From: a bacterium
Lineage (GTDB): Bacteria > Patescibacteriota > Dojkabacteria > SC72
Reading direction: 5' to 3'
NCBI GenBank assembly: GCA_021108295.1
Contig: JAIORF010000102.1
Location: 391,041 to 455,040, forward strand
Length of the DNA: 64,000 bases
A model generated the notes under the pieces. That model saw only the letters and a list, made by a program, of their open reading frames with translations, was not told the DNA's origin and did no database searches. A program made the position numbers and the translations under genes. Of the stretch, positions 54,326-63,416 are shown piece after piece; the stretch's first letter is position 1, and each line of letters begins with the position of its first letter.

Positions 54326-54634
54326 ATGGAAACAATATTAACAGACTCAAATTTTAAAGAAGAAATATCTTCTGGATTAGTATTAGTAGACTTCTGGGCA
54401 CCTTGGTGCGGACCTTGTAGAATGCTTACTCCTATTATCAAGGAAGTAGCAAAAGAGGTTGAGGGTGTAAAGGTTGGTAAGCTTAATGTAGATGAGAACC
54501 CACAGACTGCACAAGAGTTTCAGATTATGAGTATACCTGCTGTTATGCTTTTTAAGGACGGAAAGGTTGTAGAAACCCTAATTGGTTTGAGACCTAAAGA
54601 GGCATACCTAGAGGCTATAGAGAGTCATAAGTAG
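54326..54634 (+). CDS. trxA: Thioredoxin
   Basis: 102 aa. WCGPC active site. Thioredoxin-typical length and FKDGKVV motif. Confidence 0.85.
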   Translation: METILTDSNFKEEISSGLVLVDFWAPWCGPCRMLTPIIKEVAKEVEGVKVGKLNVDENPQTAQEFQIMSIPAVMLFKDGKVVETLIGLRPKEAYLEAIESHK

Positions 54635-54639
54635 ACTAC

Positions 54640-55281
54640 TTACCTCCAAATTGTAATATTTTGCATAAAAAATGGGAAGACATTCTCTATCTCATACTTC
54701 CTTACACCTATTGTATCTAGCATTTCTCTAATCTCCCTTGGTCTATACGCAGCCCTTATAGATTTAAAAAGACCATTTTGTACGGGTACCCAATGCAACC
54801 ACCATACTCTTTTAAGGTCAGATATAAGTAATACCCCATCATCATTCAAATATTGCATTAGGTTCTCAATCATCTCTTTTGAATCTTCCCAATGGTGTAG
54901 CGAGAATGTTGAGTAGATTAAATCAAATTTACCCAGACTTTTTAACAACCCCTCACTTCCAATATCACCCTTAACAAAACGTACCTGAGATTCTACCCCA
55001 TTCTCTTTTATATATTCCTCTCCCACTATAATCATATCGGTAGACACCTCTATTGCTGTGATATCTATATTTGCATTCTGTTTCGCGATTATAGTAGCTA
55101 AGGTTCCGGTACCAGCCCCTATCTCTAAATATCTTCCTTCTACATCAAGAGTAGTTAGCTTATTCATAAATCCACGGAATCTCATCTTTGCAGAGTTCTC
55201 TGCTTCTTTTGCATATTTTCTTGCACCTTCAATATTGAAGAAAGTTTCATTTTGGTCCTTTTCTACTATTCTTTTAAACAT
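54640..55281 (-). CDS. Class I SAM-dependent methyltransferase (Methyltransf_11/25-like, small-molecule or RNA MTase)
   Basis: 213 aa. Motif I LEIGAGTGTLA. Acidic residue after beta2. No DNA-MTase DPPY/FxGxG motifs. Confidence 0.7.
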   Translation of the reverse strand: MFKRIVEKDQNETFFNIEGARKYAKEAENSAKMRFRGFMNKLTTLDVEGRYLEIGAGTGTLATIIAKQNANIDITAIEVSTDMIIVGEEYIKENGVESQVRFVKGDIGSEGLLKSLGKFDLIYSTFSLHHWEDSKEMIENLMQYLNDDGVLLISDLKRVWWLHWVPVQNGLFKSIRAAYRPREIREMLDTIGVRKYEIENVFPFFMQNITIWR

Positions 55282-55299
55282 ACTTCTTAATTAAAGATT

Positions 55300-55827
55300 T
55301 TATTTTGTTGAAGATAACAATTCTCCTATTTTACGTTCTAGTTCTTGAAAGTAGATGCCTTCTTGATGCTTAATATGGAGAATCTCTATTCCCACTACCT
55401 CCAAAGCTCTGTTTACAAACCTATCCCTTGTCTGCCTGTCTTTCCTGTTATGTGTTTTCCCATCATATTCAATAGCAATAACTGGTTTCAAATATTGTTT
55501 TTCAAAAACAACAAAATCAACTGTTTTCCTATTAATCTTATTCCAATATGCGAAAGATTCCTTTCTTGAAGAACTAACTTTTATAATCTTACTCAACAAG
55601 ACCTGTGGAAAAACAATATAACCCGCAGGAATAATTGGTTGCAAACTCTCAAAAAACTCTCTTTCGGGAGTATTTAGTAAAAAGTCTTTTCTCTTGTATG
55701 GGAACCTCTCCCTCTCTTGTGGAAGAGATTTTAAATTAGAGAATTCCTTCTTGAGAAAAGTTATTACAAATACAGCAACTATGATACCAATTATCATTAA
55801 CCATGCTTTTTGCATATATTGCAGCAA
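55300..55827 (-). CDS. Membrane-anchored DUF2726-like (restriction-endonuclease-fold) protein
   Basis: 175 aa. N-terminal TM. VDFVVFEK...PVIAIEYDGKTH resembles the conserved D...E-x-D-G/K core of DUF2726 nuclease-like domains. Confidence 0.4.
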   Translation of the reverse strand: MLQYMQKAWLMIIGIIVAVFVITFLKKEFSNLKSLPQERERFPYKRKDFLLNTPEREFFESLQPIIPAGYIVFPQVLLSKIIKVSSSRKESFAYWNKINRKTVDFVVFEKQYLKPVIAIEYDGKTHNRKDRQTRDRFVNRALEVVGIEILHIKHQEGIYFQELERKIGELLSSTK

Positions 55828-55888
55828 TTATTTTATATAACACTAAGAACAATAAGACTTTCTCTCCCATCATCAATATCTCTTCATA

Positions 55889-57364
55889 TTATTCCCCCAA
55901 GTTCCCTCTGTTCGTTCTTAAGACATTCCCTACTAACAAAATAAGAAATAATGTATTAAGATAAATAAACCAATCTCCAAGAAAGGTATAAATTGTTCCC
56001 CTCCCTTCTATAGGGACATCAACCACCATAATCTTCTCTTCTGTTGTATAGAAATCTTGAGACGCAAGAACATTCCCTCTATAATCAGAAGCCACAGAGA
56101 TTCCATTACTTACCTGAGCAACCGTTGAAAAACCACCCTCAACCCCTCTAAACAATCCTGAATATGTATGCCCTGGGGTAATAGCTTTTGCATCAATCTT
56201 AGGAAGGATTAATATATCTATATTCTCCTTTGCCACCTGCCTTATAAATCTTGGGAAATCTGCATCAAAACATATTACACTGGCTAACTTCCCATAAGGA
56301 GTTTCTAAAGTGTCAATAATACCATCTGATTCTGAAGGATACCAAGAAACAGTTTTTTCGTACTCATACTCAATCTCACCTTTAGGATTTATCATAATTA
56401 TTTTATTCTCAGCAGAAAATGTGTCATACCTCAATACTAATACTGTTGGAGCAAAATATACCCCATGCTCTACAGCTAAAGCCTTTGCCCTTTCTACAAA
56501 CTCTTCCTTATTACCCTCATAGATTACACCATTTGCCTCCGACCAAAATATTATTTTCGCTCCAAACCTTGCTACCTTTTCACTCTTCAGAAACAACTCG
56601 TCGTTAAGTTCTTTAATTTCATCTACATATTTCTCTACTTCACTCTCAGGAGTTTCCATATCTATGATGTTCCAATAGTTACTTTTATGCTCTACTGTAA
56701 TTCCCGCAATTCTTACTGTTTCACCAGTAGGAATTGATACAGCAAAATATATTCCACCAAGGATTGTGATTGTCAGAAAGATTGATACAAAAAATTTTAC
56801 TAATCTCTTTTCTTTATTTAAATCAAAGTTACTTTCCCACAATGTTGACATTGTACTTGAAAACCACAATACCACAAAAGAAACTCCTCCAAGTCCAGCT
56901 ACAGTAGCTAGTTGAAGAAGAGGTTTAAAACCAAATTGAGTTATAGCGATTGAAGAAAAAGTCCCAAATTGAGAAAGGCCCAAGAGAAAACTCACAAGAA
57001 TATAGGTTGCAGGGAAAACAAGAGTGGAAATAACACTGCTTGTCTTTTTATAAAAGTACTTATCAACCAAAAGCGCTATTGTAAGTGGTGCTATAGCAAA
57101 AAACACACCAAATATTTCTAAAACTAATGGCATATCCCATCCACCATGTACAGCAAAAAACTTTGGGATAAATAATAATGTCATCATAATCAGATATTCG
57201 TACCACTTATTTTCTTTCCTAAAATAATATATGAAGAATATCATTGGTATCCATGCTGCTAAGAAAAAAGTAATTCTAAGTCCTGTGAAAGACAACAAAA
57301 AACTGCCCAACAATAGAAACGAATACTTTAAAAGAAGTTGTTTTTTCATACCTAATACCCTCAC
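55889..57364 (-). CDS. lnt: Apolipoprotein N-acyltransferase (Lnt)-like protein: polytopic N-terminal membrane domain + C-terminal carbon-nitrogen hydrolase domain
   Basis: 491 aa. ~8 TM helices. CN-hydrolase domain with Glu (FWSEANG) and Cys (SVICFDADF) positioned as in Lnt. Confidence 0.55.
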   Translation of the reverse strand: MRVLGMKKQLLLKYSFLLLGSFLLSFTGLRITFFLAAWIPMIFFIYYFRKENKWYEYLIMMTLLFIPKFFAVHGGWDMPLVLEIFGVFFAIAPLTIALLVDKYFYKKTSSVISTLVFPATYILVSFLLGLSQFGTFSSIAITQFGFKPLLQLATVAGLGGVSFVVLWFSSTMSTLWESNFDLNKEKRLVKFFVSIFLTITILGGIYFAVSIPTGETVRIAGITVEHKSNYWNIIDMETPESEVEKYVDEIKELNDELFLKSEKVARFGAKIIFWSEANGVIYEGNKEEFVERAKALAVEHGVYFAPTVLVLRYDTFSAENKIIMINPKGEIEYEYEKTVSWYPSESDGIIDTLETPYGKLASVICFDADFPRFIRQVAKENIDILILPKIDAKAITPGHTYSGLFRGVEGGFSTVAQVSNGISVASDYRGNVLASQDFYTTEEKIMVVDVPIEGRGTIYTFLGDWFIYLNTLFLILLVGNVLRTNRGNLGE

Positions 57365-57367
57365 AAT

Positions 57368-57772
57368 TTATATATCCCCCAACACCTCCCTAACTCTCTC
57401 CAAACTCTCCTCTCCCTCATATTTAACACACAATATACCTAACTCACTAGCAGTAAGAATATTCTCATCACTATCATCCACCAAAAGTATCTCCTCTGGT
57501 AGAAAACCTAATATCTCAACCATATACTCAAAAAACTCCCTACTAGGCTTTCTAATACCAATATCTGAGGAAATAACTCTACCATCAAAAATGTTCATCA
57601 AACCAAACTTCCTACTCCTCCACTCAAAACTACCCTTAGAAGCATTAGAAGCAACAACAGTCATAAAGCCCAACTCCTTACACTCCTTTACAAACTCTAA
57701 AACTGTATGATTAATCTTCCTAGGAGTAGGAAACAAAACCCCATTAAGATCAAAAGCAATTACTTTAATCAT
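57368..57772 (-). CDS. HAD-superfamily hydrolase (small, C1-cap type)
   Basis: 134 aa. Motif I FDLNGVLF (DxD-like D-L-N). C-terminal LLVDDSDENI (motif IV). Confidence 0.55.
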   Translation of the reverse strand: MIKVIAFDLNGVLFPTPRKINHTVLEFVKECKELGFMTVVASNASKGSFEWRSRKFGLMNIFDGRVISSDIGIRKPSREFFEYMVEILGFLPEEILLVDDSDENILTASELGILCVKYEGEESLERVREVLGDI

Positions 57773-58773
57773 TGAGTCATATCAATAACAACTTGGTTAG
57801 GACTACCCTCTCCAAAAACACGATAACTCTTTATTCCAGAAAAAGTATATGTACTCTCACTACCACCCCTTGAAATCTCCAACACAACCCCCATGGGCAA
57901 CTCAATTGTACTACCCCACGAATACACCGAATCAGAAACTAAAGAAGGAAATACCACACTCAAAACCCCATCCTTCAACTCACTCTCAAAAGAAGGAATG
58001 ACGGTACTCGACTCTGAAGAAACTTGAAGATTAAACTTCAAAGAACCACTACTATAGATATAATCATAATCAAAAATCTTTGCCCCACCATCCACACCAT
58101 TACCATCAAAAGACAAACTCTCACTCCCAAACTCCTTCGAGCCACTCTCCATCCCACTCATCTCTCCACCAGGATACTCAACAAACACCTTAACCACTAC
58201 ACTACCATCAGTATCACTAACTAAATCCGACACAAAAAACTCAATCTCCCCACTACAACCAAGATAGAAACGCTCTTCTAACTCTACACTCTCAATGACT
58301 TTTGTGAAGCTTGAAATACCATCATAATCAACATCCAACTTACCACCATATGTAAGATCCGCATTGTACTCACCCACACCTTTCACCCTCATCTCCAACA
58401 CATCTAATCTTGCATTGTTAGATACACTCACCTCAAACTCTCCACTCTCCTCATCATCACTACTAAGTACAAAGACAATCTCTACATACTCAGAACCCTT
58501 CTTTACAGAAATATCGTCCAAGGAGTACAAAACGTCAGAGACACTACCCACAGTTTGGGACTCTGATGAAAACGATATATCACCCTCATCAATATCATCA
58601 AAAACAACCTCTTCCTCCTGCTCCAGTTCTACTTCCTCCTCAACAACAGTACTACCCTGATCTGAAATACTTTCCTCCAACTCTACACCACCACTAAATA
58701 GCCATATTAAGCCCCCCACTATTCCAATTAACAAAGCTACAGTAATTACCAACCATATCGTATCCTTCTTCAT
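57769..58773 (-). CDS. Membrane-anchored extracytoplasmic hypothetical protein (Glu/Ser/Val-rich, beta-rich)
   Basis: 334 aa. N-terminal TM (WLVITVALLIGIVGGLIWLF), then a low-complexity acidic region and a beta-strand-like body. Overlaps the HAD gene start by 4 nt. Confidence 0.35.
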   Translation of the reverse strand: MKKDTIWLVITVALLIGIVGGLIWLFSGGVELEESISDQGSTVVEEEVELEQEEEVVFDDIDEGDISFSSESQTVGSVSDVLYSLDDISVKKGSEYVEIVFVLSSDDEESGEFEVSVSNNARLDVLEMRVKGVGEYNADLTYGGKLDVDYDGISSFTKVIESVELEERFYLGCSGEIEFFVSDLVSDTDGSVVVKVFVEYPGGEMSGMESGSKEFGSESLSFDGNGVDGGAKIFDYDYIYSSGSLKFNLQVSSESSTVIPSFESELKDGVLSVVFPSLVSDSVYSWGSTIELPMGVVLEISRGGSESTYTFSGIKSYRVFGEGSPNQVVIDMTQ

Positions 58774-58858
58774 ACCTTCTCCAACTTAATTTACATAATA
58801 TTAGTTTAGCACAAATTGGGGACTTGATAAAAACTCTCAGTAATCCTAGTATATATAT

Positions 58859-60178
58859 ATGAAAGAAATAAACATTTCTGACAACAATATCAAGAAGACA
58901 AAAAACACCCCAACCCCCGAGGCTAATATACAACCAAAGAAAGAGACATCACCACCTACCCCTGACCAAACCAAAAGTATAGCTAAACCAACAAAACCAA
59001 AAACTAATCAAACTCCAAAAGAAATCAGTAAAAGAAAAGGGCTACTAATACTCTCACTCATAGGGCTACTCTTTGTACTCGGCATTGCCTCCTTCTACTA
59101 CTTCGGTATATACAAATACAACCCAAACCCACCTGAAAATGACATTGTGAAAATTACAGGAAACTACATCCCGACTAAGATACTTTCTAACATATTCCCC
59201 AATATTCTCTTCGACAACCCACAAGAACCACGAACAGAAGAGAGTCCAATAAATGGGCTACTCTTTACACAAAGTGAGATGAACGAGCTTAAAGAAAAAA
59301 GACCAATTGCAGTAATGATAAATAACCATGCACTAGCAAGACCACAATCAGGATTAAATAGTGCTGATGTTGTTTACGAATCCCTAGCAGAAAGTGGCAT
59401 TACAAGACATCTCGCTATCTTCTGGAGTCAGACCCCAGCCAAAGTAGGACCAATACGGAGTATAAGGCAGTACCATCTAGAATGGTTAAGCCCATACGAC
59501 CCAATTCTAATACACGACGGATGCGCAGCTTCTGAAGACCCTCGATTAAATGCTTGTGGGAACACCTTTTTCTACAATATAAAAGACATATCTACAATAG
59601 GATCATGGAGATGGAATGATGGTATAAGATATGCCCCACACAACGAATACAACTCACTCCTCACAGCATGGGAATACGCAGAAGACAGAGGATGGGATGA
59701 GTTCCCTTCCAACTTTGAGTCCTGGAAATTTAAAAATGATGAAACAATCGATCAAAGAGGAGATGGATATAGATATGATATTACATTCCATACTCAAATG
59801 AATAATGCAGGACTCTATGACTCCATATGGCAATACGACCCATCCACCAACTCCTACAATAGATGGATAGGAGGAAGAGTAGATATAGACCAAGAAACAA
59901 ATACTCAAGTAAATGCAAAGGTTGTAATTATACAAGAAACTGATATAACTCCCTCATACGATGATAGTGCCCGCCTCATTGTAGACACCATAGGACAAGG
60001 AGATGCAATCATCCTCATGGATGGGAAAAAGATAGACGGGACATGGAAGAAGACCAGCAGAACAGACAGAACTACCTTCTTTGATTCTACCAACAAAGAG
60101 CTAGAATTTAACCGCGGAAGAGTCTGGATATCTATTATTGCACAATCTACTGGGAAATTTGATATAATTGAGCAATAA
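58859..60178 (+). CDS. DUF3048 (YerB-like) extracytoplasmic protein with Pro/Thr/Lys-rich linker
   Basis: 439 aa. N-terminal low-complexity PTPEANIQPKKETSPPTPDQTK, a TM segment, then MINNHALARPQSGLNSADVVYESLAESGITRHLAIFWSQ resembling the DUF3048 N-domain. Confidence 0.5.
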   Translation: MKEINISDNNIKKTKNTPTPEANIQPKKETSPPTPDQTKSIAKPTKPKTNQTPKEISKRKGLLILSLIGLLFVLGIASFYYFGIYKYNPNPPENDIVKITGNYIPTKILSNIFPNILFDNPQEPRTEESPINGLLFTQSEMNELKEKRPIAVMINNHALARPQSGLNSADVVYESLAESGITRHLAIFWSQTPAKVGPIRSIRQYHLEWLSPYDPILIHDGCAASEDPRLNACGNTFFYNIKDISTIGSWRWNDGIRYAPHNEYNSLLTAWEYAEDRGWDEFPSNFESWKFKNDETIDQRGDGYRYDITFHTQMNNAGLYDSIWQYDPSTNSYNRWIGGRVDIDQETNTQVNAKVVIIQETDITPSYDDSARLIVDTIGQGDAIILMDGKKIDGTWKKTSRTDRTTFFDSTNKELEFNRGRVWISIIAQSTGKFDIIEQ

Positions 60179-60195
60179 TATCAAACAGAATATCT

Positions 60196-60771
60196 ATGTT
60201 GTTAAAAAAACTCTTCATTTCAAAAGTTCGTATCCGAATCTTAGAAAAATATTTACTCAACCCACCTATTACATTCCATGTACGAGGACTTGTAAGAGAA
60301 CTCAACGAAGAAATTAATGCGGTACGAAGAGAACTCATCAATCTAGAAAATATTGGGATATTAAAATCCAAACGAGATAAGAACAAATTGGTATATAGTT
60401 TAATAAAAGACTGTCCTGTTGTTCCAGCATTACAGACAATGTTTCTAAAGGATTCTAAACTAGGCCAAACCATCTTAAGTAGAGTTCAAGACATCGAAGG
60501 ACTGGATGTAGTGTTAATAACAGAGAACTTCCTTACACAGCGACATAATTCACAAGACGATATAGACATTCTCTTCCTTGGTAATTCTAAAATTAGAGAT
60601 ATAAAACATGCAATCAACGAACTTGAAAAAGATTTAGATAGAGAGCTCAAGGCCTCCGCGATGAAAAGAGAAGACTTTGACTTCGCTAAGAAGAAGAAAG
60701 ATCCTGTTGTAATGAACTTACTGAATCAAGATATCATACTTTTATACGGAGAACTTAACTCCCTACTCTAA
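60196..60771 (+). CDS. Hypothetical protein, possible winged-helix N-terminus
   Basis: 191 aa. N-terminal VRIRILEKYLLNPPITFHVRGLVRELN looks like a wHTH recognition region. No firm family. Confidence 0.3.
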   Translation: MLLKKLFISKVRIRILEKYLLNPPITFHVRGLVRELNEEINAVRRELINLENIGILKSKRDKNKLVYSLIKDCPVVPALQTMFLKDSKLGQTILSRVQDIEGLDVVLITENFLTQRHNSQDDIDILFLGNSKIRDIKHAINELEKDLDRELKASAMKREDFDFAKKKKDPVVMNLLNQDIILLYGELNSLL

Positions 60772-61982
60772 TGAGAAAAATTAGATTTCAGAAGAAAACC
60801 ATTAATTGGAAAGGCCTTCTTGACTATATACTTTTAATTCTGCTCTCCTCCCTTCTCTTCTTAAACATATTAATAGCATTACCTCTTACTGAGAAATTGA
60901 CTGATATAATTGCCTTTGACCTCAATGTCTCAAAAGACTACTGGAGTAAAGAATATATCCTAGAACTCGAGAGTGAAGAGTCTACAGACTTAAGTAAAAC
61001 TCGTGATGTACTCTTTCGAAGATTGAACGAGTATGGCGTAGAAGAGGCCTCTATCTACAAAGAGGATGGGGATTTACGAATAGTAGTAAGTACTACACTC
61101 CCACAAATGTATGTGGAGGAATTAATAAGGAACCCATATCAATATCGTATTGTAACTAGAAATGAGGACGTCAATTTTGAAGATGTAGAGAATCCATACG
61201 CTCAATATATGGGTGAGAACTATGACGAGACAGAATTCGATGCGTCCACCTTCAGAAACATTTTTTTAACAAACCTTCCAGACAGCAATGGTACTGATTC
61301 ATATTTCGGTATTGCTAAGACATGGCCAAACAAATCACAAAGTTTTAAGAACTTCCTCAACAATCATATAGGAGACTCTATTGGTGTAGACATAGACGGT
61401 TTTGTAACTCCTATGTATATTTCAGACAGCTCAATATTTGCAATACCTCTAAATGTTACAGATGAGAGTATCAAGGCAGTAGATATCCTTTATAATAGTG
61501 GAAGTATTCCAACCTCTTACACAATATCTGAACAAACCGATCTTGAGAGCAAAACAATTAATATTGATTACATCGAAGTAAGTATTGCTATCTTCATTGT
61601 AATAATCATAATCTATGCATATCTCTTTTATACCAAAATTTACACAACACCACTACTTACTACATCCCTCTTTGCTACACTACTCAGCATGGCTTCTATG
61701 TTAACCATTCTTAAGATTACATTCTTACCTATAAATCCTTTCATCCTTATCATCAGCGTAATTTTTATCATCATCCTAACAAGAGTAATCATCACAAACC
61801 CAGAATCCAAATACCTCATTACAACCTCCGTCTTCATCCTTGCCTTTATCTTCAAGCTCTTAGGAATAGGATACTTGAGAATGGTTGGTAATGATCTACT
61901 CACACATTCTTTACTTGTACTTCTTTGCGTATCATTTTCAGAATATTACATTACTAAAATATCAATATACTTTAAAAAATGA
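60771..61982 (+). CDS. Membrane protein: N-terminal TM, ~230-aa extracytoplasmic domain, C-terminal 4-5 TM bundle
   Basis: 403 aa. The topology is reminiscent of SecD/SecF-type or ABC-permease-like proteins, but no diagnostic motif was seen. Start overlaps the previous stop (ATGA). Confidence 0.35.
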   Translation: MRKIRFQKKTINWKGLLDYILLILLSSLLFLNILIALPLTEKLTDIIAFDLNVSKDYWSKEYILELESEESTDLSKTRDVLFRRLNEYGVEEASIYKEDGDLRIVVSTTLPQMYVEELIRNPYQYRIVTRNEDVNFEDVENPYAQYMGENYDETEFDASTFRNIFLTNLPDSNGTDSYFGIAKTWPNKSQSFKNFLNNHIGDSIGVDIDGFVTPMYISDSSIFAIPLNVTDESIKAVDILYNSGSIPTSYTISEQTDLESKTINIDYIEVSIAIFIVIIIIYAYLFYTKIYTTPLLTTSLFATLLSMASMLTILKITFLPINPFILIISVIFIIILTRVIITNPESKYLITTSVFILAFIFKLLGIGYLRMVGNDLLTHSLLVLLCVSFSEYYITKISIYFKK

Positions 61983-62494
61983 GCATTTTCATAAACATTT
62001 ACAACGGATGGACTCTATATGAATGGACAATGGTAGGAGGCTCTTTACTTTCCATATTCATACTAATCAACCTTACAACATATTTCCTCACCAGAAAGAT
62101 TAAGTTCTCCCTCCCTATTTCCCTTACTTTCCTCTCTTCTCTTCTACTCATAATATTTTCTGTTTTTATCTACACCTCTCTTTTCCATATTGAAGTTTCA
62201 AACATATCTCTCATCTCTATACTAATCACTACCTGTTTGATAACTGTGAACTGGTTCTCCTTCATTGGTTTTTACATTAGAACACGAGACTACAAGAAGT
62301 TCTCCATTACACAACTCTTCAATGAGTACAGAGGGGATAGTATTAGATTAATAATCTTCATCACACTATCCATTCTCGCAGTATCTGTATTTCTTACTGG
62401 AGAATATCTAGCTATGCTAGTTTCTACACTACTGATATCAACCCTATCAATATATCTCAATACGATATTAGTTAGAAGATTCATCAATGATTAA
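61979..62494 (+). CDS. Small polytopic membrane protein (5 TM)
   Basis: 171 aa, hydrophobic throughout. 4-nt overlap upstream and 8-nt overlap with miaA downstream indicate an operon. Confidence 0.35.
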   Translation: MSIFINIYNGWTLYEWTMVGGSLLSIFILINLTTYFLTRKIKFSLPISLTFLSSLLLIIFSVFIYTSLFHIEVSNISLISILITTCLITVNWFSFIGFYIRTRDYKKFSITQLFNEYRGDSIRLIIFITLSILAVSVFLTGEYLAMLVSTLLISTLSIYLNTILVRRFIND

Positions 62495-63380
62495 TTACAC
62501 AAAGCCTATTGTTGTCATAGCTGGACCCACAGCTTCTGGCAAATCTTCACTTGCAATCAAGCTTGCAAAAGAGATAAATGGGTACATCATCAACGCAGAT
62601 TGTAGACAGATATACAAAGAATTAAAGATTGGAACTGCACAACCAATACCAGAAAAGGTAGAGGGGGATATTTGGTATATAGACGATATTGCTCACTTTC
62701 TATACGGACATATTAAAGCCACAGATCATTACAACATCTATAAATATCAAAGAGATGTACAGAAGGTACTAGACAGTAATCCCGATCAAGTACCAATACT
62801 TGTCGGTGGTACAGGGCTCTACATTGATAGTATTGTTTACAATTATGATATCGGAAGTAAAAAAAGGAGTAACTCTGAGTACTCTCGTAAGCAGTTAGAT
62901 TCCATGGGTTTAAATTCTTTACAATCACTCATACCATCAGATATTTTAGAAAGTCTTAATGATAGTGACAGAAAGAATCCTGTACGTCTAATTCGTACCA
63001 TTGAAAAGGGGACTCATACTCACAGTAAAGGCTCTCCACTTAATTTTACATATTTCGTACTAGATATTAATCAGGAAGAGTTAGAGAACAGAATAGAGAA
63101 ACGGATTGATGAAATGTTTGTAATGGGATTAGAGAAAGAAAACCGAGGGCTTTTGGGTATGGGACTTACATACGAAGTACAATCAATGAGGAGTATAGGG
63201 TATAGAGAGTTTGAGAGATACTTCAAAGGGGAAATAACTCTTTCAGAATTAAAACTAGATATTCTTACTCATACTCTTCAATATGCCAAGAGACAGAAGA
63301 CTTGGTTTAAGAGAAACAAGGAAGTAATAAATATTAAACCTTCAGTTTCTTCCATGCTCAATTCAATATCACAGCTGTGA
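62487..63380 (+). CDS. miaA: tRNA dimethylallyltransferase MiaA
   Basis: 297 aa. P-loop IVVIAGPTASGKSSLAIKLAK, then INADCRQIYKELKIGTAQP, characteristic of MiaA/IPT. Confidence 0.8.
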   Translation: MINYTKPIVVIAGPTASGKSSLAIKLAKEINGYIINADCRQIYKELKIGTAQPIPEKVEGDIWYIDDIAHFLYGHIKATDHYNIYKYQRDVQKVLDSNPDQVPILVGGTGLYIDSIVYNYDIGSKKRSNSEYSRKQLDSMGLNSLQSLIPSDILESLNDSDRKNPVRLIRTIEKGTHTHSKGSPLNFTYFVLDINQEELENRIEKRIDEMFVMGLEKENRGLLGMGLTYEVQSMRSIGYREFERYFKGEITLSELKLDILTHTLQYAKRQKTWFKRNKEVINIKPSVSSMLNSISQL

Positions 63381-63416
63381 TATACTAACACAGTTAACTT
63401 ATCATACTGCTATACC

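Noticed and set aside
54640-55827. SAM methyltransferase next to a DUF2726 restriction-endonuclease-fold protein, as a possible mini restriction-modification system.
   Set aside because: The MTase has small-molecule/RNA-type class I motifs and none of the DNA-MTase motifs (DPPY/NPPY, FxGxG target-recognition layout). The DUF2726 protein is membrane-anchored. No specificity subunit is present.
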